Below are positions 13,710-26,920 of a DNA stretch of 64,000 bases, piece after piece. The DNA is from Chrysomallon squamiferum. Lineage: Eukaryota > Animalia > Mollusca. Both the position numbers and the translations under genes were made by a program. Each line of letters starts with the position of its first letter. Position 1 is the first letter of the stretch. The DNA is taken from assembly GCA_012295275.1 (NCBI GenBank), contig CM022675.1, positions 16,678,001 through 16,742,000 of the forward strand. Reading direction: 5' to 3'. Under the pieces are notes generated by a model. That model saw nothing but the letters and a program-made list of their open reading frames with translations. It searched no databases and was not told the DNA's origin.

Positions 13710-16700
13710 ACAGCTTACATATACAATTAATGTGTAATGGCTAACAAATAAAATAAGGAAAATTATTTTATCCAATCACTGTGAATAATTATTGTTATAA
13801 TATATTTTTTTGGTTAAACCTCGCCAATTTATAACAGAAACAAGAAATGTATTTTGGAAAATCTAATCTGCAGTAAAGATATTTTTTGAGCGAACAGAAC
13901 AGACTCAAGTATCAGATTATTTAACGAATGCCGCTGATATGGTGTGAGGGTGAACGTTTAGCTAGGTTTAAATGAATTGAAATGTTATTAAATAAATGTT
14001 GATTTGATTAACTATACATGATACAATACTTAAATAATTTTTACTGTACATGTCATTACAAGTGTATTTTACAAAATGTATATTTATTTGCAAATCGTAT
14101 TACAGAATGATTTTACAGAATTTGAATGTATCATAAATATGGACACTGCTTGAAAAGGCAGATTTTAAACTGCACAGTGTTTGTGTAACCCTCCATTTTA
14201 GAGAATTCCAAGGTAAATGAGCAAGATGATTAAATATACAAAGAAAACTAATGCAACAACATTTCTATGCATATAGTTTCTATTCAACAATAACAAATCA
14301 ATAAATTGTGTAGTTATTTTTAACCAGAATATTAATTTACATATTTTCACTTATCATAAATTATCAAACAATATACTATTACTACTACTAGTACTATTAC
14401 TACTACTACTAATAATAATCAGACAGTAATAATAATTTTAAAAAATTAAAAAATAAATAAACGCAAATACTAAACCTGATGTTAAAAGGGTGACTGCTTG
14501 ATTTGAATTGTAAGACAGAAACAGGCTTTCTATCACTGAATGTTGATCAGTATTAAATAATCTGAAAGAACCCAGTTAATACATAGTTTAAAAAAGGTTA
14601 ATACATATTTTATTAGTGCACATAAGGCTTATCTATTGCTTAATAATGTAAATAGTCCTTATAAAATATTTTTTAATGTAGATAGGGATCACCAAACTTT
14701 TGCTAAGTTCTTATCAAATGCTGTTTCATGTAATAATGTAGTCAATCCTTGTGAAATATTTATTAATGTATATAGGGTTTACCAGTCTTTTAATACCTCA
14801 GATACAGCTTATCAAATATTTAGTAATATAGATATTGCTTATCAAAAGCTTATTATACATGGTGGTTATAAAATATTTCACTATTGTATCAAATGTTTTA
14901 AATAGGAAGTCATTATCAAATGATTGGTTAGTGTTGAAATGTTATTAAATGGTGTTTTTTTTTCCAATTATGTAACAGTCTAGAGAGTTTTACCAGATGT
15001 TTGCTGTATAGGAAAGCTTAAATTACTTGGATGTATAAATTTCTATCACTGAACTCAGTATGTAACATTTAAAAAAATAAAATGTTAAAAAAAAATCTTA
15101 CTTGTAACAGTGTTTTGTTGTATACATTACTCAATATTCTTTTGACAAAAACAAGAATAAAGAAAATAAATAATGTATTTAAAATACTCGTAACTTGTCA
15201 TGATTCTTCATATTATTATTGTATGTTGATCTGTTTGTAAATATTCTGTCAGGGTTCAGTTCTCTCTAATTTCACTTACTTTTCTCTAAAAATAAAAATA
15301 AAATATTGAAAATAGAATTTGATGGACTTATATTAAAGTAACAGTGAGTTTACAAAGATTTAACATCATTAAAACTAATAATTATTATAAAATAAAATAA
15401 ATAAATAAAATAAAATAAATTAAAACTAAAAGTGACAAAAACTAACACTGCTGTTGAAACTCAGTCACTCAGTTTGATGTGAACTGTGGATCAGACAAAA
15501 ACATGGTTACTAAAGATTTAAGTGTAGACAGGGCTTATAATAAGCAAACGTTTAATAGTGGAGATATACCTTATCAAATGTTTAATACTGTAGATATACC
15601 GTATCAAATGTTTAATACTATAGATACAGCTTATCAAATGTTTAATACTGTAGATACAGCATATAAAATGTTTAATTATGTAGATACAGATTATCAAACA
15701 TTTAATAATATAAATATTGCTTATCAAATGTTTATTTAATATACATGGTGGTTATAAAATATTTCACTATTGTAAAGTACTTGTGAAATGTTTGAATTAG
15801 GAAGTCATTATCATTATTTCAATGCATATTAGTCTCAAAATGTTATTGAATTTTTATTTGTATAGACCAACTATTTAACAGTTTGTAGTGTTTTACCAAA
15901 TGTTTTTTTAAACATGGAAGTAGGCATTTGTATATTTGAAGTTATACTAAAATAATATGTCAAAAATAAATGTAATAAATTAATACCAGTATTTGTTACT
16001 TGTAACATTAATAGCAGTGTTTTGTTGTATATTCTGTTGGTATAAACAAGAACAAAGAGAAAAATTATAATTTTAACTTGTTTTCATTCTTTATCTTATC
16101 TGATCTGTTTGAAGACTATCAATAAAAATAGTTAAAACTTATTATGTATATAAGAGGTTACTTGTTTTCATGGTTTTATCAAAACCATTTTTAAAAAATT
16201 AAACTAATGGTGATACTTAGAAACATTTGAGATTATTTATTATAATGAAATGATAATCAAATCAGACTAGTTAAAACTTCATACCAGATTTTTATTTTAA
16301 TTATTATAGATTATCTATTTGAACTCTGTATATCTCAGATTTTTGTTAACTGCTGATCAAAAATAATTTGTAACAAAATAAATGTTATCCTTTCAAGTAT
16401 TGACTGTCAATTAGTGGTTCATAAAGTTGATTCAAAATGTTCATCTTAGTATTTATCTTCTGTCTGGTAACTGCAAGTAAAATTTAGGTTTGAAACTTTC
16501 TTCCAGTTGTGATTTCATACAAACAGACAGAGTTATAAGTAAATTTCACTCAGGTCATGACATTTTGCTTTGAGTCTAATTTGTACTTTTTCCAGATGGA
16601 ATATATATTTCTTAACAAACATTCTCAGTTTCATTTATCAAAATCTGACACTTTTACCGTGGGTTTAGATTCCATCTGAATCATCCATTTGTCATTACAG

Positions 16701-17095
16701 GTCAAAAACAAACCACTATGGCCGCCAGTTATGTTACGTAGAAAAAAAAAAAAAAAAAAAAAAAAAAGTAGTATTGATTGGGTATTTTCTTTGTTTCCTT
16801 TTTTTATTTATTTCTAGATTATTATTTTTTTTTTTTTCATTATCTACCATTGCATGATATTTATATAAATAAATAAATTCTCTATCACAGACACATACAG
16901 ATATTATACTTTTTGGTTTCAGAAAAGATGTCCATTCAGAAAGTTTTACAGTTATTATATTTTAAACATTTTCATTCCTTGTCCTCCATAGTGTTAATTT
17001 ATTCTGTCAATAAATTTGTTCTTCATGTGCACTACCTTTTTCTTTTTGAACTTGATATATTCAAAATTTCATATTTGTTTTGCTTTTTAAGGCAG
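13710..17095 (+). repeat. Old diverged segmental duplication, copy 1 (copy 2 ~30670-34040); contains an internal duplication with ~886-bp offset and a 30-bp minisatellite at ~15545-15735
   Basis: Colinear shared blocks: CTCCATTTTAGAGAATTCCAAGGTAAAT, TTTCTATCACTGAAT, ATACATGGTGGTTATAAAATATTTCA, TGATCAAAAATAATTTGTAACAAA, TGTCCATTCAGAA...CCTTGTCCTCCAT. Confidence 0.8.
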
Positions 17096-17688
17096 ATATT
17101 AGCATTTAATGAACTTAGATAACAGTATTTGTTCAATAAAGCTTAATAAAAAAAACAAAAAAAAAAAAAAAACATACATTTTCACATACTTAGATTACTA
17201 AAATTTTAGGTCTTGTCGTCCCAAACCCTGATGAATATTTCAGATCGGACTCATCAACTCTACAGTATACAGAAAAATGCAGACAGATTAATGATATTCA
17301 TTAAATTTAAATTAGTCTTCCATTAACATCTCTGCTTTCAAAACTTTTTAACGCCACGTACCTCTTTGCGACGTCATCTATCGTACAAAAATAGACTGGT
17401 AGAGACCGAACTTTTACTGAAACTGAAACTGAAAAAAATTAACATGCTAATAAGAGCAAGCTGTTGTGAAGCACGTCTACGACGGGCACGCTTTCTGACA
17501 GGTCAGCGGGCGTGTCCGTCGCAGAAAAGTGTTTTGGGTAAGGTAAGAGAATGGGTTCTCGTTACGACTGCAGGACACAACGGAGTGTCCAGCATATCGG
17601 ATCGTAACGAAATGGTTGCGTCCTGTTTGTTTGTTCTGTTGATGTTTCCTTGTTCTTTTTGGCTGCTTCCTTCTGGTCCAACAATTCC

Positions 17689-17717
<29 letters not shown>

Positions 17718-17719
<2 letters not shown>

Positions 17720-17922
17720 GCCAATGGTCCTTTTATTGATTTAAAAGATGCTATAAACACCTGCAACTAAAAAGAATAAGAACATAAATGTAGTTAACTT
17801 ATTTACATTTTATTTTATTTTATTTTATTTGGCCAAATGTCCTCATTATTGATTTAAAAGATGCTGTAAACACCTGCAGCTAAAAATGAGAACATGAACG
17901 TTGTTAACTTATTTATATTTAT
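17718..17922 (+). repeat. Short tandem duplication (~95-bp core, two copies)
   Basis: TTATTGATTTAAAAGATGCT(A/G)TAAACACCTGCA...GTTAACTTATTTA occurs twice. Confidence 0.8.
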
Positions 17923-17929
17923 TATGTAC

Positions 17930-17962
<33 letters not shown>

Positions 17963-18185
17963 GATAACCGGGTTAGTATGGTCTGAAAGTAAGTACGTAT
18001 AGTACGTATAGTTTTGTTTTTAATTATTAATTTAATTGGCTATTCAAATTGATCCGTCAATCAGCCGATCCATCCATAGATCCACCAGCTGTTCAACCGA
18101 TTAATCTGTAAGTCAATAAATTCATTCAATTGTTGTTTGTTTTTGTGTCATAAAAAAAGAAGAAAAAAGTTCAAACTCTCAACTC

Positions 18186-18686
18186 CTAAAGTTTGTGTTT
18201 TGTGTTCAGAATATGTGTTGTTACTGCAGCGAGGACTAACTCTCTGTCTGTTTTGGAGCCAAGATGTTTTGGAGCGTGAACTGGATTTTTGGTTCTTCCA
18301 ATGTGTGGCGTAGTGCTTGTCTTTCCTTGGCGAAATTCTGACAGTGAAACAAGTAGTGTTTCATGGTTTCGGAGAGTCAACAGCTGCAGTTGGGTGATGT
18401 GGTGTTGTGGTATTTGTATCGGATTGCATTTAACCAATTCTGGCTTTGGTGAAATTGTTGTTGTGTAGTTTGTTGGCGAGTGTGATTTTGGGTGTTTTGG
18501 TGAGTGGTTTGATGTTCAAGTGCCATTTGTTTTTGGTGTTGTTCCATTCATTTTTCCACTGTTTGTCGTAATGTTTGGCAGCGATGGAGAGATTTTCGTT
18601 TATTCCGTAGTGTATGTCGGTGCAGATGTCTTTGGATTTTGGATCCGTCGGTGTAGATGTGGTTTGTAGTGGTCGTTTGCTGCTGC
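18186..18686 (-). mobile_element. Degenerate, internally deleted non-LTR retrotransposon (LINE) ORF2 3' fragment, RNase H-containing type (I/Nimb-like)
   Basis: Minus-strand translation across frameshifts gives the RNase H motif HIYTDGSK, then KQWKNEWNNTK...KARIG, then the CCHC finger SPNCSC*LSETMKHYLFHCQNFAKER. Confidence 0.75.
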
Positions 18687-18889
18687 TAGAAATATGGCTT
18701 TTTTAAAAACTGTTAACTAATTTTGTTATTATAAAGATATTCAAAACGATTATACTGCATTTTCTCACTTCTTTTCGAGAGTTTAAAATTGCAAATATAA
18801 ATAGTCTTCACTTAGTTAATGGGGTTCTTGCTTCCAAATAACGGCTAACGTTCACATTTTGAGTCCTTATCTGCAAATCACGCGAAACA

Positions 18890-18926
<37 letters not shown>

Positions 18927-19062
18927 CGCGTACTCAGTTATTCTAGTAGTAGATGAACCAAATATTAGATGTGTTCATCACGATCCCTTTCGCAATTTTT
19001 CAGATGAGATTCATCAAAACTACAGCTTTTCAAGTTACCATCATAAATATGAATATTCTTAC

Positions 19063-19538
19063 TAGTCTGACACATGTTTCCATAGAATTGATTTGTGCAC
19101 GTGCAGACACCAGCATTTAATGATCTTCCGTTTTGGCATGCTTTTAAAAAATAAAAATAAAATACACACATATTAGAATCCTCGCTATCTACACGACAGT
19201 TTATCAGGTATTAACTGGAATTAGTTAAATTAGCCTAAACTTAGAAACAGCTTTCCATCTTTAAGGCCGATTGTTAATATATGCACACATAGATGTATCC
19301 ACACACACACACACACACAGACACACACACACACACACACAGACACACCCCTCCACACACACAAAGACGATTATCACAAATTAATGTGTAATATTCCACC
19401 AGCTTAAAAAAATAAAAGGTAATACAGAATGAATTTCAAATAAGAACACATCTATAAATAAATATTATACTTACACGTCACCTGACAAGTCGACAATCGC
19501 ATTAACAAGAAAACAACAAATATTTGTAAGAACATCAT
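19063..19538 (-). pseudogene. Gene C: 3'-truncated inverted copy of gene D (signal-peptide exon + partial EGF exon only); pseudogene or minimal peptide gene
   Basis: Exons 19538-19475 (MMFLQIFVVFLLMRLSTCQVT, 1 nt different from D) and 19140-19063 (CQNGRSLNAGVCTCTNQFYGNMCQT) have intact splice sites and an intact TATA. Similarity to D stops about 15 nt into intron 2, and no ShKT exons are found downstream. Confidence 0.75.
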
Positions 19539-19588
19539 TTTTACAACAGTTCTCGTCTTCTCAGATCTCTGATGTCTACACAGAAATG

Positions 19589-19603
19589 TTTCCTTTATTT
19601 ATA
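19589..19603 (-). promoter_or_regulatory. TATA box of gene C
   Basis: Same 15-mer on the minus strand about 50 nt upstream of ATG 19538. Confidence 0.7.
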
Positions 19604-19955
19604 GTCAGAAGATGATCTGTATCTTAATTAATTTTTATAGAAGGTCATGTTTTCATCTTGTTCAAGTTTAGCAGATGCTACCTATTTTATCCGAAAATCG
19701 CTTTAATTCGTTTAACTGTTTTAACTTTTATGGGTCAAAACGACTTCAAGGATTTTTATTTAGCATCTGGGTTAAAATATAGAAATTAAAATCAGTGCAA
19801 TAAAACAAATGTATTTTGTTAAAGTTTTAGTTCTATAACTTTATTTTTTTTTTTTTTTGCATATTTTACCGAGTACTGCAAAAATATTTCTTTAAAATGT
19901 TTATTCTTGATCATGTTTTTACGTTTAGCATAATAATAATAATAATAACAATAAC

Positions 19956-20020
<65 letters not shown>

Positions 20021-21136
20021 TAACAATAACAGTAACAATAACAACAACAATAACAATAATAATAATAATAATAATTATTATTATTATTGTATTTGTTATT
20101 GTATGTGTTTATGTTGTAGTGATACAATGTGTAATAGTTTGTAAGGTGTCGTGTGTCGCTTTGTGTTTTGTTTATTAACTAATTTTGTTGTCGCTTATTA
20201 ACCACGTGCTGGTGTTCTCCATTTAACATGTTATTTATAATTCAGAAGATTGCCAGTAAGTTTAATAAAGTAATACGTTGAGTGTAAAACAGTCAGAAAG
20301 TACGTAGCTAGTCTACAACCTGCTGAGGAGTCGGACATGAGACAGCTTGACAGTTAATTTTGTACTCGCTGTTATCTCACTTTTATCAGGAGAGTAACTG
20401 GTGGACACCACTGTCCGATTTAAAAAATTACCGTAAGGTCATCACAAAATTTACGTACAAGTAAATTAAACTATTTTATTATTGATTAACTCTATTGACC
20501 TATAAAAACATTTATCTATGGGAAATCAAGAAATCGGTGACATGTAGAAGAATGAAAGCTGTCTTCTGATTGGTTACTTTTTTGTTCTGATTGTCTTTGA
20601 TTTACGTTTTACCTGGATACACTTTCTCCAAATAAACCCCAGTACGTTTCTACATGAAAAGTTTGATCATAAAAGGAAATAAATGCCAAAATTAAAAGTG
20701 ATGTACACCTACAAATAACTTATTTTAGTGGTTTCTTAATATTCATTACCTGATTTTGTTTTTTTAATAGTCTGTGGATAACAAAATTTCTCTTTCATGT
20801 CCAGCGCGACAGCAAAATTAGTTATTAAACTAAACACAAAGCGACAAACCATACCTTACAAAATATTACACAAAAAAATATTCAACAAAAAATAGAATAA
20901 AGTTATAGAACTAAAACTTTAACAAAATACATTTGTTTTATTGCATTGATTTTAATTTCTATATTTTAACCCAGATGCTAAATAAAAATCCTTGAAATCT
21001 TTTTGACCCATAAAATTTAAAGCAGTTACACGAATTAAAGCGATTTTCTGATAAAATAGGTAGCGTCTGCTAAACGTGAACAAGATGAAACATGACCTTC
21101 TACAAAAATTAATTAAGATACAGAACATCTTCTGAC

Positions 21137-21151
21137 TATAAATAAAGGAAA
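21137..21151 (+). promoter_or_regulatory. TATA box of gene D
   Basis: GACTATAAATAAAGGAAA about 50 nt upstream of ATG 21202. Confidence 0.75.
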
Positions 21152-21201
21152 CATTTCTGTGTAGACGTCACATATCTGAGAAGACGAGATCTGTTGTAAA
21201 A

Positions 21202-21459
21202 ATGATGTTCTTACAAATATTTGTTGTTTTCTTGTTAATGCGATTGTCGACTTGTCAGGTGATGTGTAAGTATAATATTTATTTATAGATGTGTTCTTAT
21301 TTGAAATTCATTCTGTATCTCCTTTTCTTTTTTTAAGCTGGTGGAATAGTACACATTAATTTGTGATAATCGTCTTTGTGTGTGTATGTGTGTGTGTGTA
21401 TATATATGTGTGTATATGTGTTTGTGTGTGTGTGTATATATGTGTGTGTTTATATGTGT

Positions 21460-21519
<60 letters not shown>

Positions 21520-24500
21520 CAACAAGTCTAGCCATTAATGGCTCAGTATCTTTTTTCTTCTTTTTTTGTGTCCTTTTTTCTTTATTTATTTTATCAAGTA
21601 AATATATAAGTTATATCTTGAAATATATATGGTTACTTCGAAATATAGTATATATATGTAAGTCTATTACACTTGCTATATATATATATATGCTGTGATA
21701 TATATATATGGGTTAGTGAGTGTGAATGCATACATGTATTATATTAACAATCGGCCTTAAAGATGGATAGCTGTTTCTAAGTTTACTCTAATTTAACTAA
21801 TTCAAGTTAATACCAGATAAACTGATGTATGGATATCGAGGATTCTAATATGTGTGTATTTTATTTTTATTATTTAAAAGCATGCCAAAACGGAGGAACA
21901 TTAAATACTGGTGTCTGCACGTGCACAAATCAATTCTATGGAAACATGTGCCAGAATAGTAAGAATATTTATATCATTATTATTTTGATATTGCCCTAAA
22001 TATCTATTTTTTTTTTTTTTTTTTTTGTTATGTTTGTTTTGAGTGTGGATTGTTTTCTGTCTTGTTTTTTTTCTTTCTTTCTTTCTTCTGGTATTTGTTG
22101 CTGTTTTTGTTTGTTTGTTTGTTTGTTTGGATTTTATTTCTTTGCTGGGTTTTTCATGGTTTTAAAGATTGTGTTTGCTCTTTATTTGTTTGTTTTTACG
22201 CTGTTTAATTATCCTTACTACTCATTAAACTGTCGCAAACGCTCGCTTTTCTCGCTAAAGTAAATATAATGTTATGTAACACTCTATTCTACTATAAACT
22301 CTACTCTACTCTATTCTACTATAAACTCTACTCTCTTCTACTATAAACTCTACTCTACTCTATTCTACTATAAACTCAACTCTACTCTACTCTATTCTAC
22401 TATAAACTCTACTCTACTCTCTTCTACTATAAACTCAACTCTATTCTACTATAAACTCTACTCTCTTCTACTATAAACTCTACTCTACTCTATTCTACTA
22501 TAAACTCAACTCTACTCTACTCTATTCTACTATAAACTCAACTCTACTCTACTCTACTATAAACTCTACTCTACTCTACTCTATTCTACTATAAACTCAA
22601 CTCTACTCTACTCTATTCTACTATAAACACAACTCTACTCTGCTCTATTCTACTATAAACTCAACTCTACTCTACTCTGTTCTACTATAAACTCTACTCT
22701 ATTCTACTATAAACTCAACACTACTCTACTCTATTCTACTATAAACTCAACTCTACTTTACTCTATTCTACTATAAACTCAACTCTACTCTATTCTACTA
22801 TAAACTCTACTCTATTCTACTATAAACTCAACTCTACTCTATTCTACTATAAACTCAACTCTACTCTATTCTACTTAACTGTAAATTCCATTCTATTCTA
22901 CTATACTCTACTATACTCTACTATACTATACTATACATTACTACACTGCATTATGCTTTACTATGCTATGATCTACAATACTGTTCTATTATATACTATA
23001 TTACACTTTCCTGCAGTATACCTCATTACAGTATGCGACATTATATTATATTATATTATATTATATTATATTAACGAAACTATAAAAAAGTAGCTAAATT
23101 ATTCCCATACACTAAGAAAATTATACAAACGAAATAAAAATTTGTTTGTTTTTACGCTGTTTAATTATCCTTACTACTCATTAAACTGTCGCAAACGCTC
23201 GCTTTTCTCGCTAAAGTAAATATAATGTTATGTAACACTCTATTCTACTATAAACTCTACTCTACTCTATTCTACTATAAACTCTACTCTCTTCTACTAT
23301 AAACTCTACTCTACTCTATTCTACTATAAACTCAACTCTACTCTACTCTATTCTACTATAAACTCTACTCTACTCTCTTCTACTATAAACTCAACTCTAT
23401 TCTACTATAAACTCTACTCTCTTCTACTATAAACTCTACTCTACTCTATTCTACTATAAACTCAACTCTACTCTACTCTATTCTACTATAAACTCAACTC
23501 TACTCTACTCTACTATAAACTCTACTCTACTCTATTCTACTATAAACTCAACTCTACTCTACTCTATTCTACTATAAACTCAACTCTACTCTGCTCTATT
23601 CTACTATAAACTCAACTCTACTCTGTTCTACTATAAACTCTACTCTATTCTACTATAAACTCAACACTACTCTACTCTATTCTACTATAAACTCAACTCT
23701 ACTTTACTCTATTCTACTATAAACTCAACTCTACTCTATTCTACTATAAACTCTACTCTATTCTACTATAAACTCAACTCTACTCTATTCTACTATAAAC
23801 TCAACTCTACTCTATTCTACTTAACTGTAAATTCCATTCTATTCTACTATACTCTACTATACTCTACTATACTATACTATACATTACTACACTGCATTAT
23901 GCTTTACTATGCTATGATCTACAATACTGTTCTATTATATACTATATTACACTTTCCTGCAGTATACCTCATTACAGTATGCGACATTATATTATATTAT
24001 ATTATATTATATTATATTATATTATATTAACGAAACTATAAAAAAGTAGCTAAATTATTCCCATACACTAAGAAAATTATACAAACGAAATAAAAAATTA
24101 AAAATAAATAAAGCAAAGAAAAACACATTTCACATTAATAACCTTTAACTGTAGTATGCACAGAGTTCTAGTCAATTACAGTGCATTCTTTTTTCTTGTT
24201 TTGTCATCAGGTTGTGCTGCTGGAGCTCAGGCTGCAGCTACAACAGCCTTTACAACCTCGTGTACGTTATCAGTCGTATCTCACAACTGTCAACAATCTT
24301 GCGGAACTTGTACAAGTAAGTGTACTTTAAGTTGTCGTAGAACTTACGTTTATTCTGACACTGTAAGTAAGTACAATTTAAGTCGAAAACAAAATAATCA
24401 CTTTTTATGTTCCTTGTGTGTTAGCAGTACGTTAATAATAGTTTGTCAGATGATGATAATAATGATAATGATAATGATGACGATGATGATAATAATTATG

Positions 24501-24758
24501 ATGATAATGACTATGATGATGATGACGTTTTTGATGAACATGAAATGACGATGATGATGATAATGATAATAATGATGATGAGTATGATGATGATGATGAT
24601 ACTGATGACACATTTTTTTCGCAGCACCGTGGGGATGCGCAGACAGAGGTACTTGGTTCTGTAGAATAATGACTCAGCGAAGTCAACAATCTGGAACTGC
24701 TACATTCTGTGCTGCATTTCCTCCTGCAAATCCACGTACCTGCGCAAAACTTTGTTAA
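21202..24758 (+). CDS. Gene D: small secreted cysteine-rich protein, SP + 4-Cys partial EGF + 2 five-Cys ShKT-like modules (126 aa)
   Basis: Phase-1 GT-AG introns, 381 nt total. Exons: 21202-21265 (MMFLQIFVVFLLMRLSTCQVM), 21881-21958 (CQNGGTLNTGVCTCTNQFYGNMCQN), 24211-24315 (CAAGAQAAATTAFTTSCTLSVVSHNCQQSCGTCT), 24625-24758 (PWGCADRGTWFCRIMTQRSQQSGTATFCAAFPPANPRTCAKLC*). Confidence 0.85.
22185..24096 (+). repeat. Near-identical 956-bp tandem duplication in gene D intron 2, each copy holding a (CTACT/CTATAAACT) minisatellite
   Basis: Copies 22185-23140 and 23141-24096 both start TTTGTTTGTTTTTACGCTG and end CAAACGAAATAAAAA. Confidence 0.95.
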
Positions 24759-24842
24759 TGTAATATGTCTTATTATTTGTTCAATATTAATTGAACTTTC
24801 AGTGTAAGGATGTTCTGTTAAAAACACTAATTCTGGTAAGAA

Positions 24843-24898
<56 letters not shown>

Positions 24899-25164
24899 AT
24901 TATGAGAATATGAATAAGAGCTGATCTTGTTAAACACTGCTTTTTTATCAATCTACAGATAATTAAATGAAAACCACACACACACACACACACACACACA
25001 GATATTTGAGCATAAATTCAAATTTTTATTTAGGTTTTCATGTTTCTTTTAAATAATTTATTTTTCACGAAATAGAAATTCCAAAGAAGAAACTAAAAGC
25101 ATAGAACATCAGTGTTCATTTCAAAAGATTAAATAATCTTAACAGCTGTGATTTTGTTGTTTTT

Positions 25165-25248
<84 letters not shown>

Positions 25249-26169
25249 GCGTGTGTGTGTATGTTTGTAACTGATAAACTCATAAACCCTTCAAAATATA
25301 AAATATACTCTATCGAGGATAGATCCTACCAACTTCCAAGCCGCAGTCGTACACTCTACACGAGAACTAAATCGTAGAAAATAATGTTCTAAGGAGAATC
25401 AATGTCAAACCTCGCTTAGGTCACCACTGTTGGTCACTTTACGAAAAAAAACAGTTAAAATCTAGTAGCCTAAGAGTGTCATCTCAAAGAGAAACAATCA
25501 AGGCATTTATTTGTTTAAAACTGTGTAGTATTTTCCTTATTAATCTGAGCTGGAATGTCATAGAGAAGATGAGTTAATTTAAATGGCTGTTCAAACTAAT
25601 GATGATAAGTGAATAGTACTTCTTTAATTACTCAGTAATAAGATTTATCTACATTTCTCATCTGTTTGTAATGAAGATATTATAAAATTAAAATCTATTT
25701 TTCTTTTATTTTTCCCTTTATTTTAATCACTTGATTATTAAATCATTTAGGTATAACTATTCATTTCTTCTTAATGTTCTTATTTCTTTCATGTTGGTTA
25801 ATCAGTGAATTCAATATACACAAAAATATGTTCTTTAGTGCCATATAAAATAACTATATTTCTTGAGCCATATACTGTGAAAAAATAGATTTAGCAGCGT
25901 TGGACTAATGATAAAAATACTAAAATAATTTGGACACAGATTTATGTGGTTCAACAAAATTAAAGAAGTCGGATATATAAAGATAATAAATAAATACATT
26001 TATGCGAGATTTGTAAAAAAATCTAGATGCCCATTGCAAAAAATCAAAATCCGATCTTTAACCTCCCAGCAGACAGTTGAGATCAAGGCAGAGTCAGAGC
26101 AGGTTACAGCTTTATAATTCTTCGACATTCACCTCGTTCTCGAAGTGCTAAATATACATTAATCCTAAC

Positions 26170-26920
26170 ACACACCCTAACACACACCCATACATCCATT
26201 CACATGTACCTTGTCTTTCACTCACACATGTATACACCCATCTTTTCTAACATACAAACCCATACACCCATTCACATGTACCCTGTCTTTCACTCACACA
26301 TGTATACACCCATCTTTTCTCTCTAACACACAAACCCATACACCCATTCACATGTACCCTGTCTTTCACTCACACATGTATACACCCATCTTTTCTCTCT
26401 AACACACAAACTAATACACCCATTCACATGTACCCTGTCTTTCACTCACACATGTATACACCCATCTTTTCTAACACACAAACGCATACACCCATTCACA
26501 TGTACCCTGTCTTTCACTCACACATGTATACACCCATCTTTTCTAACACACAAACGCATACACCCATTCACATGTACCCTGTCTTTCACTCACACATGTA
26601 TACACCCATCTTTTCTAACACACAAACCCATACACATTCTCTTTCACTCACACATGCATACACCCATCTTTTCTCTCTAACACACAAACCCATACACATT
26701 CTCTTTCACTCACTCACACATGTATTTACCCATCTTTTCTCTCTAACACACAAACCCATACACATTCTCTTTCACTCACTCACACATGTATTTACCCATC
26801 TTTTCTCTCTAACACACAAACCCATACACATTCTCTTTCAGTCACACATGTATACACCCATCTTTTCTAACACACAAACCCATACACATTCTCTTTCAGT
26901 CACACATGTATACACCCTTC
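26170..26920. repeat. CA-rich minisatellite (~60-70-bp unit)
   Basis: Repeated CACCCATTCACATGTACCCTGTCTTTCACTCACACATGTATACACCCATCTTTTCTAACACACAAA. Confidence 0.9.

Noticed and set aside
17366-17770. 134-aa ORF in a CpG-rich patch
   Set aside because: Non-ATG start, runs through a poly-T tract, no recognisable motif; more likely regulatory or repeat-derived.
18600-18686. TTTCTAG|CAGCAG as a mucin-like third exon for gene C
   Set aside because: Better explained as the LINE RNase H remnant (HIYTDGSK); the phase-1 frame stops after about 28 codons.
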